Shown piece by piece: positions 53,134-64,000 of a DNA stretch of 64,000 nucleotides. The position numbers and the translations under genes are program-made. Numbering within the stretch: position 1 is the first letter of the stretch; each line of letters starts with the position of its first letter. Source of the stretch: Octopus vulgaris (taxonomy: Eukaryota); the NCBI GenBank assembly GCA_951406725.2, contig OX597827.1, positions 41,230,001-41,294,000 on the forward strand, written 5' to 3'. The notes beneath the pieces were generated by a model. The model saw only the letters and a list, made by a program, of their open reading frames with translations, did no database searches and had not been told where the DNA came from.

Positions 53134-53357
53134 CCCTTTAGCATTTAGGCTACTCTGTCAAATGTAATGCTTATTTATTCACATTGTTTTCAGCTAATCA
53201 TACATTTATCTCATAGCAGCTCTGAGATTTCACTGATGCGATTGTTTATTTTTGCAGCGACATTATAGGGTAAGTGCGAGAGGCTGGGTCTTGTTTGTTG
53301 AACATAAAACAGGTAGAATATTTGGTGCTGGGTATGGCCAGTTTAAATGCTAAAAGG
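53134..53357. mobile_element. piggyBac-like MITE
   Basis: TTAA-'ccctttagcattt'...'aaatgctaaaagg'-TTAG. Confidence 0.8.
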
Positions 53358-53444
53358 TTAGAGGCATTCCAGTCATGACTATTATGCTGTTTCGCATGTC
53401 AAGGAGTACATTGTCCAATAGGTTCTTGAAGACAGTAGTGTCAG

Positions 53445-53790
53445 GCATGGCTATAAGTTTTCAGGTTCAGTCCCACTGCAGGGCACCTTCTAATGAAGCC
53501 TCTGGCCAACCAAAGCCTTGTCAGTGGATCTGGCAGTCAGAAACTGAAAAGAGCATGTTGTGTATGTATATTTGTATGTACATCTGTCCTTATTTTGACA
53601 TAGCATGATAGTTGTAAACGAGCATCACCATCATACAAGAGGTGTTATTTATTTCTGATATTCCATGGAAACAAGGAAATAGGTGTGGGTTAGCAGCAGC
53701 AAGGGCATCTGGCCTTAGAAAATTTGCCTCAATAAATTCCTTCTCTCATACAGGCATGGACAAATGAACATTAAAATAATGATGATGATG
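53445..53790 (+). mobile_element. CORE-type SINE variant with an RTE-like tail
   Basis: 'ggttcagtcccactgc', 'aagggcatctggccttagaaaatttgcc' and (gat)n. Confidence 0.7.
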
Positions 53791-54597
53791 AGTAGGGTAT
53801 GATTGAGGTCAGAGACCCTCAACCATGAGGATGGGCATATTTGTTCATTCATTCGCATTGCGATATGAAGGAAATTTGGCTGCTATTCCTTTGCAAGTTG
53901 AGTGACCTTGTAGATGCTTCATCTTTGGCTTATTTGTGGTTGTATAGCTCAATTGGGTCTGATTGCTGCATACCTATGGCATTCAGCCATGCAGATACTT
54001 ATTCAAATAACTTTGTTCTATAGATAGATCTTGTGTTCCAGGGGTGTGTAGAACTACATTATATAATGTCACCTATAATTGTTAGCAGCCTGATTGCTTA
54101 GTGGTGTTTTGTTTGTCTTTATGATCTGAGTTCAAATTCTGCCATAGTTGACTTTGCCTTTCATCCTTTTGGGGTCAATAAAATAAGTACCGCTTGAGTA
54201 GTGGGGGTTAATTTAATCAACTTAACTACACCTGGGTAAGAGTATGTATAAAAAAAAGAAGCCGCACATCTCTGCCAAGTCATGTTGAACCAATAGAACC
54301 AGTGGGATCTCAAGCCATTCTCTGGTGGAGGGAACATGCCGAGGCCCTTGTCCTGCAGTGGACTGTATATGGACAATTTAATCCAAGCCAAGCCAATCCT
54401 CATAGACAGTAGGGTGTAATTTGAGGAAGATTTGACTACTGTTTTTAGCAGTGATCATGTAGAGATTCGTTTGTCAGTGGATGTAGTTGTTAGAGGTGTT
54501 AATTATGAAAAACATTCCAGCTATTGTCATCCCATCTTTTTAAGAGTACTTTTCATAACATTGTCTAATGTGTCTGTTCCTTTATTTTCCTTTATAA

Positions 54598-54919
54598 CAT
54601 CAGTGTGAACGGAGCAAGTTTTTGCTTCTTTTTCTAGCTGGGTTAACAACCCTGCAGAAGCCTTTTCATTGGACATAGTTGTTGCTGGTCATGGTTGTTA
54701 TTAGGGCAGGCCTAATTAGAAGTACTTTTAGTTTGTGCTAATGTTGTTGTTGTTGTTCATCAGTGTGAATTGAGTCAGTCTTTACTTCCATTTCTAGCTG
54801 GGTTAGCAACCATGCAGAAGCCCTTTTATTGGACATAGTTGTTATTGGTCATGGTTTTTGTTATTGGTGCAGGCCTAATTAGAAGTAGTTTTAGTTTGTG
54901 CTAGTGTTGTTGTTGTTGT
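54598..54919. repeat. Diverged tandem duplication, unit about 160 bp
   Basis: 'catcagtgtgaa' at 54598 and 54758; both units end in (gtt)n. Confidence 0.9.
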
Positions 54920-55929
54920 AGTGGTGGCAGCTGTAATGATGTTAAGGTGTGGTTATTGGTGGTATGGTTGCAGTTAGTTGCAGTGGTGGTTGGGTAGGAG
55001 GTGATGGGAATTTCTCTTCTTTCTACTCCCCCTTTCTCTCTCTCTCTTTTTCTCTTCTTTTCTCTCTCTCCTTCTTGTGCAGTAATGGTTGCAGTTGCTG
55101 CAGCAGCAGCAGTTCAGGTGTTGCAATTGTGCTGAAGATGAAGTTGGTGGTGGCATTTGAAAGCCAGCTTTCTTCAATTACCCACGTCTCCTTCCATCTT
55201 CTTTCTTCAGTTTTGTTAAGTTTTTTATTTCTTTTATAAAATAACAAATAGAATGGAAGTGGAAGTGGAGGTGGTGGTGGTGGTGTCTGAAGAAGTCCTT
55301 TCCTGTCGGTTTCTACCCCTCCACCCATTAGCTACTGCACCCTACCCTACCCCCACCCTTATATGTAGTATTTGTTGTTGTAATGATGATGGGTAGCAGT
55401 AGTAGTGGTTGTGGTGGACATAACAACAGTGTTTTCTAGTGGCTTTTAATTAACTATCTGGACCCCCCTCTCTCACTCTCTGTCCTTCCTCTTCCATGTC
55501 AGAGAGATGGTTGAGAAGGAAGCGGGGGTGGGGGGTGGATAGGAATTAGGTTGTTGTCTTACCTCTCAGCCATTTTTCTCTCTCTCTCTCTCAATGTTTG
55601 TTTGGCTTACCCTCTCCTCTTATCTTCCTTTGTCTGACTTCCTGCATCTCTTGTGGTTCTGCCTACCTTCTCTCTCTGTCTCACACTTTGTAATTGTCTG
55701 ACTTTTTGTTTTCTGTCTTTTATCTTCTATTATATATGTTCTGTCATTCTTTCTTCTAGACTCTATTCAGATCTCTTTCTCCTTATATCTTGTTAGGTAT
55801 GAATTTATGCATGTGTCATGTGCATATGTACATGTACAGCTGTGAATGAGCCTACATAATTTCCCTTCTCTCTCATTCTCTAGTATCTGTTCTATACCCT
55901 CTACCTTTACATGGTAGATGGTGATGATG

Positions 55930-56145
55930 ATTTCAAATTTTGGCACAAGGCCAGCAGGTTTGGAGGAGGGGCAGAGTCAATTACATTGCCCCTAGTATTC
56001 AACTGGTACTTATTTTATCAACCCTGGAAGGATGAAAGGCAAAGTTAACCCCAGGAGAATTTGAACTCAAAACATGAATACAGATGAAATACTGTTAAGC
56101 ATTTTTGCCTGGCATGCTAATGATTCTGCCAGCTTGCAGCCTTAA

Positions 56146-56177
<32 letters not shown>

Positions 56178-57025
56178 ATCCTTTCTCATTTTGAGAGGTG
56201 TTTACTCAGTGTCATCAACCCAAGTGCTTGACTAGTTCTGTTTGATTCTAAAAGGATGAAAAGCATAGTTTATCTCAGCAGGGTTCAAATTCAGAACATA
56301 AAGAGCCGGAAGAAATACCACCAAACATTTTGTCTGGCGCTTTGATGATTCTGCCAGCACACAGCCTTTATGATGATAATAATCCTTTATACTATGGGCT
56401 TAAAATTTAGATGATGATGATAATAATAATAACAATATTTATCACTTATTGAAACTGGTATAAGGCTACAAATTTTGCAAACAGTAGAGTTGTTAGTTAT
56501 AGGTTCCCACTGGGCTAATCCCTTCCTTTCTGATAGTAGAAATGGCAAGGGAGAGTCGATCCAAATCAGGCTGAATAAATATTGCTTCCAAATTTCGGCA
56601 CAAGGCCAGCAAGTTCAAGGGAGTGGGACAAGCTGGTTACATCAAGCTCAATGCACAACTGGTTCTTATTTTTATCAACCCCAAAAGGATGAAAGGCTAA
56701 GTTGACTTTGGCACAGAATTTGAACTCAGAATGTAAAGATTAACAAAAATGCCATTAAGCATTTTGCTCAGTGTACTAACAATTCTGCCAGCTTGCCACT
56801 TTAGGCCAAATAAATATTCCTTTTTTACTCTAGGCACAAGACCTGAAATTTTGGGGAAGGGGCCATGTCAATCAGATCGACCCCAGTACGCAATTGGTAC
56901 TTAATTTATTGACCCCAAAAGGATGAAAGGCAAAGTCGAAATTTGAATTCAGAACATAAAAACAGATGAAATGCCACTAAGCATTTCACTCGGTGTGCTA
57001 ACGTTTCTGCTAGCTTGCCCCCTTA
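55930..57025 (-). mobile_element. Cluster of four same-orientation Meta/MESC-core SINE copies
   Basis: 'aggatgaaa' core at about 56030, 56252, 56686 and 56920. Confidence 0.8.
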
Positions 57026-57717
57026 GGTCAAATAAATATTATGAAGTATTTGAGTTTAACACACTGGTTTATTGACAGTTTCTCACTGATCTGTATATTT
57101 TTTGCTGAACCACAACAAAAGCATGCATGTATGTGTGTGTAAACATGCAAGCTTGCATGTGTACCCTACCACACAGCTTCCATATAGTTTATGTCTATCA
57201 AATTTCACTCACAAGGACAAGGATAAACTCAAATTTATAGTAGAAGATATTGCCTGAAGTGTCATACTACAGGATCAAACCCAGAGCCATATTATTATGG
57301 AGTGAACTTGCTAACTCCTTAGCTGTACTTTTATCTTCTTAAAGAAGTCATTTATGATTAGCACATGGTCAGAAATACACAGGGCAAGTATATAGCTGAT
57401 TGAATCAAACCGCAGGGTGTAGCTGGTGTTTTCTTTATGTAATACCATCCTTCAGTTTTTGAGTCCTACCTTGAATGGACAATAAATGACACAAATTGTA
57501 TGAAGCAAATTAAATAAAATGCACGTTTGGAGTGCTTAGCTTAACAAAACTGCAAGAAGTCAACAAGTTTATCAGCTGATTATACTGAAAGATTACTAGA
57601 TATGTACCTGTGTACTTGCTTGCATATCTGGATACTGGCACAAAACATAGACATTTGTCTAGAGAAAGCTGCATATGTCTCCTACACTCATATGTATACA
57701 TTAACCTCATGTGCAAA

Positions 57718-58020
57718 GGTGGATAGATCAGTAGTTAAGGCATTGGGCTTACTATTGTGAGGTTGTGAGTTCAATTCTTGGACTGAACTGTGTGAGCAGG
57801 ACACTATATTTCACATTGCTCTGATTCACTCACCTGCAGAAATGAGTTGCGACATCACTGGTGCCAAGCTGTATTGGCCCCTCTGCCTTTCCCTTGGACA
57901 GTATTGGTGGCATGGAAAGGGGTGACTGGTGTCCACCACAACTGTACCTGAACTTGTGCCTCTGAGGGATACTTTCTAGGTGCAACCTCATGGTCATTCA
58001 TGACTGAAAGGGATCTTCAC
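57718..58020 (+). mobile_element. tRNA/CORE-type SINE with a distinct tail
   Basis: 'gtgagttcaattctt' B-box-like and 'gagcaggacactatatttcacattgctct' CORE-like. Confidence 0.65.
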
Positions 58021-59799
58021 TTCACTCTTTTATGTATCCCTTACATCCTTTTTCAGTGTACCTTCCTTCTATACCCCTTTTTCTTTTATCACACTGCCAG
58101 TGTAATGAGGGGTGGCATCACACTGAATCTGTCTATATTTAACTCACCTCTTACCATTACCATGTCTTTATTACTGTGGTGGTGGTGGGAGAGTTCAACC
58201 TCTCTTTCGCAATGCCATTACTTCCTCTTCTGTAATTCATTATTGACATCCAGTACTCCCCCTCTCTTACCAGTAACCATCTTCATTGCTACCCATCACA
58301 CACACTCTCTCTCTTATCATTTCTCATTTTGTGCTCCCTCTTTTATCACCCTATCTCTCCCTCCTATTACTTTTCCTCTCCTCACCACGCCAGTCATACT
58401 GTTTCTATTCGATCTAACTATCATCATGTTGCTGTTTACCACTCTCCTTCTCTCCTCTTTGTCACACTCTGGTTCTGCCAAGGACCTGACAAACTCCCTA
58501 GTGCCTTTGCCAAAATAAAAATGCACCAGTACATATATTGTAATGGTGTTTAGCGATAGGAAAGTCAACCAACCATAAAGGAAGGGAGCAGAAAAAGGAA
58601 AAACAAACAAACAATAAAGGGAATGTCTCAGCAAGGCATGGTCCCCAACCTGTCTAAGTGAATAAGAATTGGCCCGTTCCATGATTACCTGTCCAACTTG
58701 CCATTGAGGAAAAGTAGGCATATGATGTTGATAACTCACATTCACACACACCACACGCACGCATGCACGTGCGTGCACACACACACACACACAACAGTAA
58801 AATGCATTTGTAGATGTACATAACAGACAAATGCAATACTTTTTTTTCACTCTCTCTGGCTCTCTCCCCTTTCTTTCCCTCTCATTCACACATGATATCA
58901 ATTTGAAATTGTATGCCTTAATAAACAAATAACAGGAACTATCTAGGATTCATAAGCCAGACAGCCAAAAAGCCCGTGTTTGGGAGGGTGTGGGGACATT
59001 GCACAAACCCAATATTCTCACTGCCAAAACAAAATCAGTTCTGTAGTAAAGTGCAGTGTGCACCAAACTAGCACCAAAACCTGTGGTATTTCAAATGAAT
59101 GCAGTGTTTAAAATAAAACAACCTGTCTGTATGTACAGTCATTGCACCACCAACTGTTTAGAATGCTCACCACTCACTTCACCTGCCTACATCTCTTCTT
59201 TCTCTTCCTCTTCAATATTAGTAAATCGTTTGCTGCATGTTAATTCCACCTGCTGTGTCTGCTCTCTATATCTTGTGTTTCTGTCTATCTTTCTCGTCCA
59301 GTACCTGTTTGACAGCCTTTCTCTCCTCCTCTTTATTTCTCCAACTCTCTTTTGAATAAAGATATGTATTTAGCCTGGCCAACTCAGACAGGTGACTGAG
59401 ATTAGTCTACCTCTGGTCTCGCCATATTACACTTATATAACACTTGCTTACATAAACATCAGCTCATTTCAAAATCTTGTGAATGCCATAGTACCTTCCC
59501 AATTGTATAAAAAAAAAGACATAAAAAGACAAGACAAAAGAAACATACAAACAAAATTTCATACTTCATCCGTGCATGTAGAGAGGTCTATGTTATTTAT
59601 AAAATAAAATTAAAACACATACACAAACAAAATCACAGCCATGTAACACAAACCAGTTATATTCAGTCTATAATAAGAAAAAATAATATAATTTTAACAT
59701 TGGTGACCAATTATTAAGGCAAACCAGATGACAGAATATCCGGTGCTACAAAGGTCACCAACACACAGGACATTGATTGAGAAGAATAGCCAAGAATAA

Positions 59800-60280
59800 A
59801 TTATTTTACTGGTTTTGAATCATTGGCCTATATCCAAGTTGGGGTACTGCCTTCTTAGGTTTTTTAATGCACTTTGTGTTGTGCATAAATCTTCCTTGTG
59901 TTGTGCATAAATCTTTTACTTGTTTCAATCATTGGATTCTTCTCATACTGGGGCACTGTCTTGAAAGGTTTTCAATGAAACAAATGGACCCTGGTATCTT
60001 TTTTTTTCAAATCTGATACTTATTCTCTTGGCCTCTTTTGCTAAGTTATGGGAACACAAACAGACCAACACCAGTCGTCAAGTGGTGGATGCAGGGGGAA
60101 GACACATACACAAACACACACACTTCTCCATAGTGCATAGCTTCTGTCCACCAAATTTCACTTACAAGGCATTTTTCTGTCTACGGTTATGATGGAGATG
60201 TTTCTCTAACTTGCTGAGCATTAGGATTGAACCCAGAACCACATGGTTGCAAAATAAACTTCTTAACCACTCTGTATTTG
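59800..60280 (-). mobile_element. Old CORE-type SINE with a duplicated tail
   Basis: Family homology. Confidence 0.7.
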
Positions 60281-60492
60281 TACATTTTAATTTATACATG
60301 TGAACATTTTTATTGCTAGAATATTTACATAAGAAATAATCTTTCCTCAAGTAATCGGAGAAACAGTATTAAAATGTGTTATTGATGCTGAATATTCAAT
60401 TTTCTGTAGTTTTACTTTATTATTTAATCATTTGCTGTCTATTTTCTCCCACATGCAATGCTCTTTCTCAAAGCACATCCAATTCTGTGATA

Positions 60493-60523
<31 letters not shown>

Positions 60524-60814
60524 AAAGCTATTATGTGTGTAACAGCCACACACTTACTAAGAGATCCTTTCGCCCACTGTAAAAGCTCAACTTCAGTCTG
60601 ATTAATTTCATTGCTGCGCAATTTCCTCTTCTTTCTTTCTTACTTTCTTTCTTTCATCCTTGCCTTCAGTGAAAAATAAACTCCACTCTGGGAGAAGAGT
60701 GAAGATGACTGAATGAGGAAAAAGACATGGTCTGCAAGTTTTATCTCTTGATTGAATTGTTAACTTATTTAGCCTCTAAATATTTTACTTGTTTACTCAT
60801 TGGTCTGTAAAAAG

Positions 60815-60822
60815 TCCATTGT

Positions 60823-60854
<32 letters not shown>

Positions 60855-61065
60855 CTTCAGGCTAGTGTTTGTTCCTCATACCATTATTTGCAAACTGGTG
60901 TTGGTTTGTTTTATGTTCCTGTATCTTAGTGGTTTCACAAAAGAGATTGACAAAATGTGTCAGACTTGGAAAAATAAGTATTGGGGTTGATTTGTTCAAC
61001 TAAATCCTTCAAGGCAGTACTCCAGCTTGTCTACTGTCCAATGTTTGAAACAAGTAAAATATAAA
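60815..61065 (+). mobile_element. CORE-type SINE 3' half
   Basis: Family homology; tail 'gaaacaagtaaaa'. Confidence 0.7.
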
Positions 61066-61569
61066 GCATTATTCCAGGCATGCTTGCACAGTTGTGATGG
61101 CAATTTTTCTTTTTATTTTTTTCTTCCTGTTTTTGTTTTTGGAACAGTTTATTTTTACAACCAGTTGCCCACTAAGTAGGGAAAAAATGGGCTTTGCTAA
61201 TGTTTGTCCTCATCTGGCTAAGCTGGAGCAAATAGATAACAAAGTTTATGTATTTCAATAACTTCTTATGCTATGAGAAGATGAGAGTTCTAACATTTCA
61301 AATTGAGTCAATCTGTACTCTAGTTATCTCAGACCTTGGTTTTTATTGGGAGCAAAATAAAATGGCTCAAGTAAGATTGGAACTCACAATCATGTAAATC
61401 TTGATGAAATGGTGGGGTGGAGTGTGGAGAGAAAGGTCCCTTCAGAGTTGACAGATATTGAGCTTAACTGTAAAAAAGCAGTGTTCCTTTTCTGCTTACA
61501 ACTTGGTTGACTTGGTTTGGGTGGGGGTGGGGGAAGCAAAAGCCTAAAATGTCTTTATAATGGACGCAT

Positions 61570-62110
61570 TGATTGTGGCCATTCTGGAGCACCACCATAA
61601 AAGTGTTTTAATCAAATAAATCGACTCCTAGTACTTATTCTATTGGCCATTTTTTTTTGCCAAACTGTTAAGTTGCATGGATGCAAACACACCAACATCG
61701 GTTGTCAAGCAGTGATGGACACACACACACATGATGGGCTTCTTTCAATTTCTGTCTATCAAATCTAATCACAAGGCTTTGGTCGGCCCCAAGCTATAGT
61801 TGAAAACACTTGCCTTAGGTGCTATGCAGTGGGGCTGAACCTGGAACAATGTGGTTGGGAAGCAAGCTTGTTACCACACAGCTACACCTGTACCAAGGTA
61901 TCTATCTGTCTAAATATGCATACATACATACATACCTACATACCTGCCTGCTTGCTTACCTACATCTGTATACACACACATCCACTCACAAGGCTTTGGT
62001 TGGCCAAAGCTATAGTAGAAGACACTTGCCCAAGGTGCCATGCAGTGGGACTGAACCTAGAATGAGGTGGTTGAAAAGCAAACTTCTTACCACACAGCCA
62101 TGCCTGTGCC
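61570..62110 (-). mobile_element. CORE-type SINE plus a second 5' half
   Basis: 'cacaaggctttggt.ggcc..agctatagt.gaa.acacttgcc' at about 61770 and 61987. Confidence 0.8.
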
Positions 62111-62887
62111 ATTTGTTTAATGTAGCGATATCCAACCATTTTTGTTTTGCACCACTGGTTTCATGCATGATAATTTTTTCATGGACCAGATCACATGCAT
62201 AACAAAACACAGAGTGCATAACAAAGTGTAATTTGTTATATATATAATACATACCTAATGCAAAAACACTTGGCAGATGGCAAAATTCATTAAAATAGAA
62301 ATAAAGTTAAAAAATTTCTTTTTTTCACTATGGCCTAGTACGAAATGATCTATAACCTGGTACTTTTCTGTGGTCCCGTGGCTGGGGACATTCGGTCTAA
62401 TGCATGAATGAACATGCACACAGTCGGAATTGTTGAACTTATTGGCTAGTTGTCCAGTAGCTTATTAACTCAAGATCATCAGCAGCTCTCCCAGGTGTGT
62501 GTGCGTGTCTATAAAAATATGGCATTTGAAGATGCCCAGGTGGTAAGCAGACTGATTGAACTGTAGGTGTTGATACAAAAAAAAAATAATAATAAAAATA
62601 AGGAAAAAATTCGAATGATGAAGCTTTTCTAGTTGGATCAATACAACTAACCATTGCTCTGGCTGATCTTTCGTGTTGGAAATACAGACATGTAATTACA
62701 AAATTGACTTGAATTGTTGCCAAAATGACCTAATAATTGTGTCAGTGTATGGGCAAAGGATGGGTGGAGAGGGCTAGCAGAGGAATGAGTGAGTGAAGAG
62801 GTGAGTTTGTGTGAACAAGTGGTGAAGGCAGTGAGGAAAATGGAACAGAATATGTAAGGAAGAAAGAGAAAGAGAATAAGAGCTCTG

Positions 62888-62923
<36 letters not shown>

Positions 62924-63024
62924 CACATACATTTCTATCACTCAGAAAAGGACAGGCAATAACTACGACCCATTTCAGGGTTTCAGAAACTGGTGGGAAG
63001 AGGAAAGTGCATGTGTGTGAAAAT

Positions 63025-63392
63025 AGTGGCTATATGGTAAGAGGTTTGCTTCCTCACCACATGGTTCCAGGTTCAGTGCCACTGTGTGCACTTTCGGCAA
63101 GTGTCTTCCACCATAGTCTCAGGCCAACCAAAACCTTGTGAGTGGATCTGGTAGATGGAAACTGAAAGAAGATGTGTGTGTGTGTGTGTCTGTGTTTGTC
63201 CCCCACACTACTTGGTAGCCGGTGTTGTGTGTTTATGTCCCTGTAACTTAGCGTTTTGGCAAAAGAGACTGATAGAATAAGGGCCAGGATTCAAAAGTAA
63301 GTCCTGGAGTTGATGTATTTGGTTAAAATTCTTCAGGGCAGTGCCCCAGCATGAGCTGCAGTCAAATGGCTGAAACGGATAAAAGATAAACA
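63025..63392 (+). mobile_element. Full-length CORE-type SINE
   Basis: Colinear with 15490-15900. Confidence 0.85.
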
Positions 63393-63624
63393 ATCAGGTT
63401 CAGAGGAGTGACTGAGAATCTGAGTGTTTTAAATGTGATTGAATAAGAGGATGCTTATCATACATATTATGAGAGGGGAACGAACAAGAGGGAGTTAGAA
63501 CGCTTGTGCATCAATGTGTGTTTGCGTGTCTGTAAGTGACAGAGTTTTAGAAATGAAAGAGAGGATATTTTGAGAGAGGAAGAAAATGAGTGAAGCAGTG
63601 AGAATGAATGAGGAGCGCACATGT

Positions 63625-63690
<66 letters not shown>

Positions 63691-64000
63691 GGGGGGGGAG
63701 GTGATAGTGATAATGATGATTTTTGTGTGACTGAGTAAGGAGTGGAGGAAAGTTAGTTCAAACTACTATCCTATCCCCCTCAAGTGCAGTAACTGCACTA
63801 ACCACCACCCCTTAACGCTGGCACAATTAGTACTATATACCATCACTTTGGCTACAACCATTATCAGCCGGCTCCCCCCCCTCACCATCTCACTTATCTT
63901 CTTAACAGCCATCACCTCTGCTGCTATTACGACTATTAGGTTACTCAATCTTGTTTCTCCCTTACCAGCAATGTGCTTGCCTTGTGAGTGACAGGCAGCA

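Noticed and set aside
58000-58928. The longest ORFs (172 and 203 aa)
   Set aside because: They arise from a pyrimidine-rich low-complexity strand and a (CA)n tract.
62368-62420. Superficial resemblance to the HDV ribozyme sequence
   Set aside because: P1, P3 and L3 of the nested pseudoknot cannot be formed.

Overview
AT-rich, repeat-saturated eukaryotic non-coding DNA. The SINE families resemble those of Octopus, so the source is probably a coleoid cephalopod (inferred, no search run). No protein-coding gene can be recognised, and the supplied ORFs are microsatellite, SINE or low-complexity artefacts. The window holds many tRNA-derived CORE-type and Meta/MESC-type SINEs, TTAA-flanked piggyBac-like MITEs, hAT-like MITEs, a fragmented RTE LINE reverse-transcriptase remnant, and several tandem duplications and fold-back palindromes. 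It also holds a 513-bp non-autonomous Helitron whose empty site is visible in a paralogous element. The most interesting signal is a set of minimal type-I hammerhead-ribozyme motifs in short Penelope-like inserts next to (TA)n tracts. Two related motifs covary at the core 3-8 pair (CUGAAGA versus GUGAACA). Repeat boundaries were read by eye and are approximate unless termini or target-site duplications are quoted.
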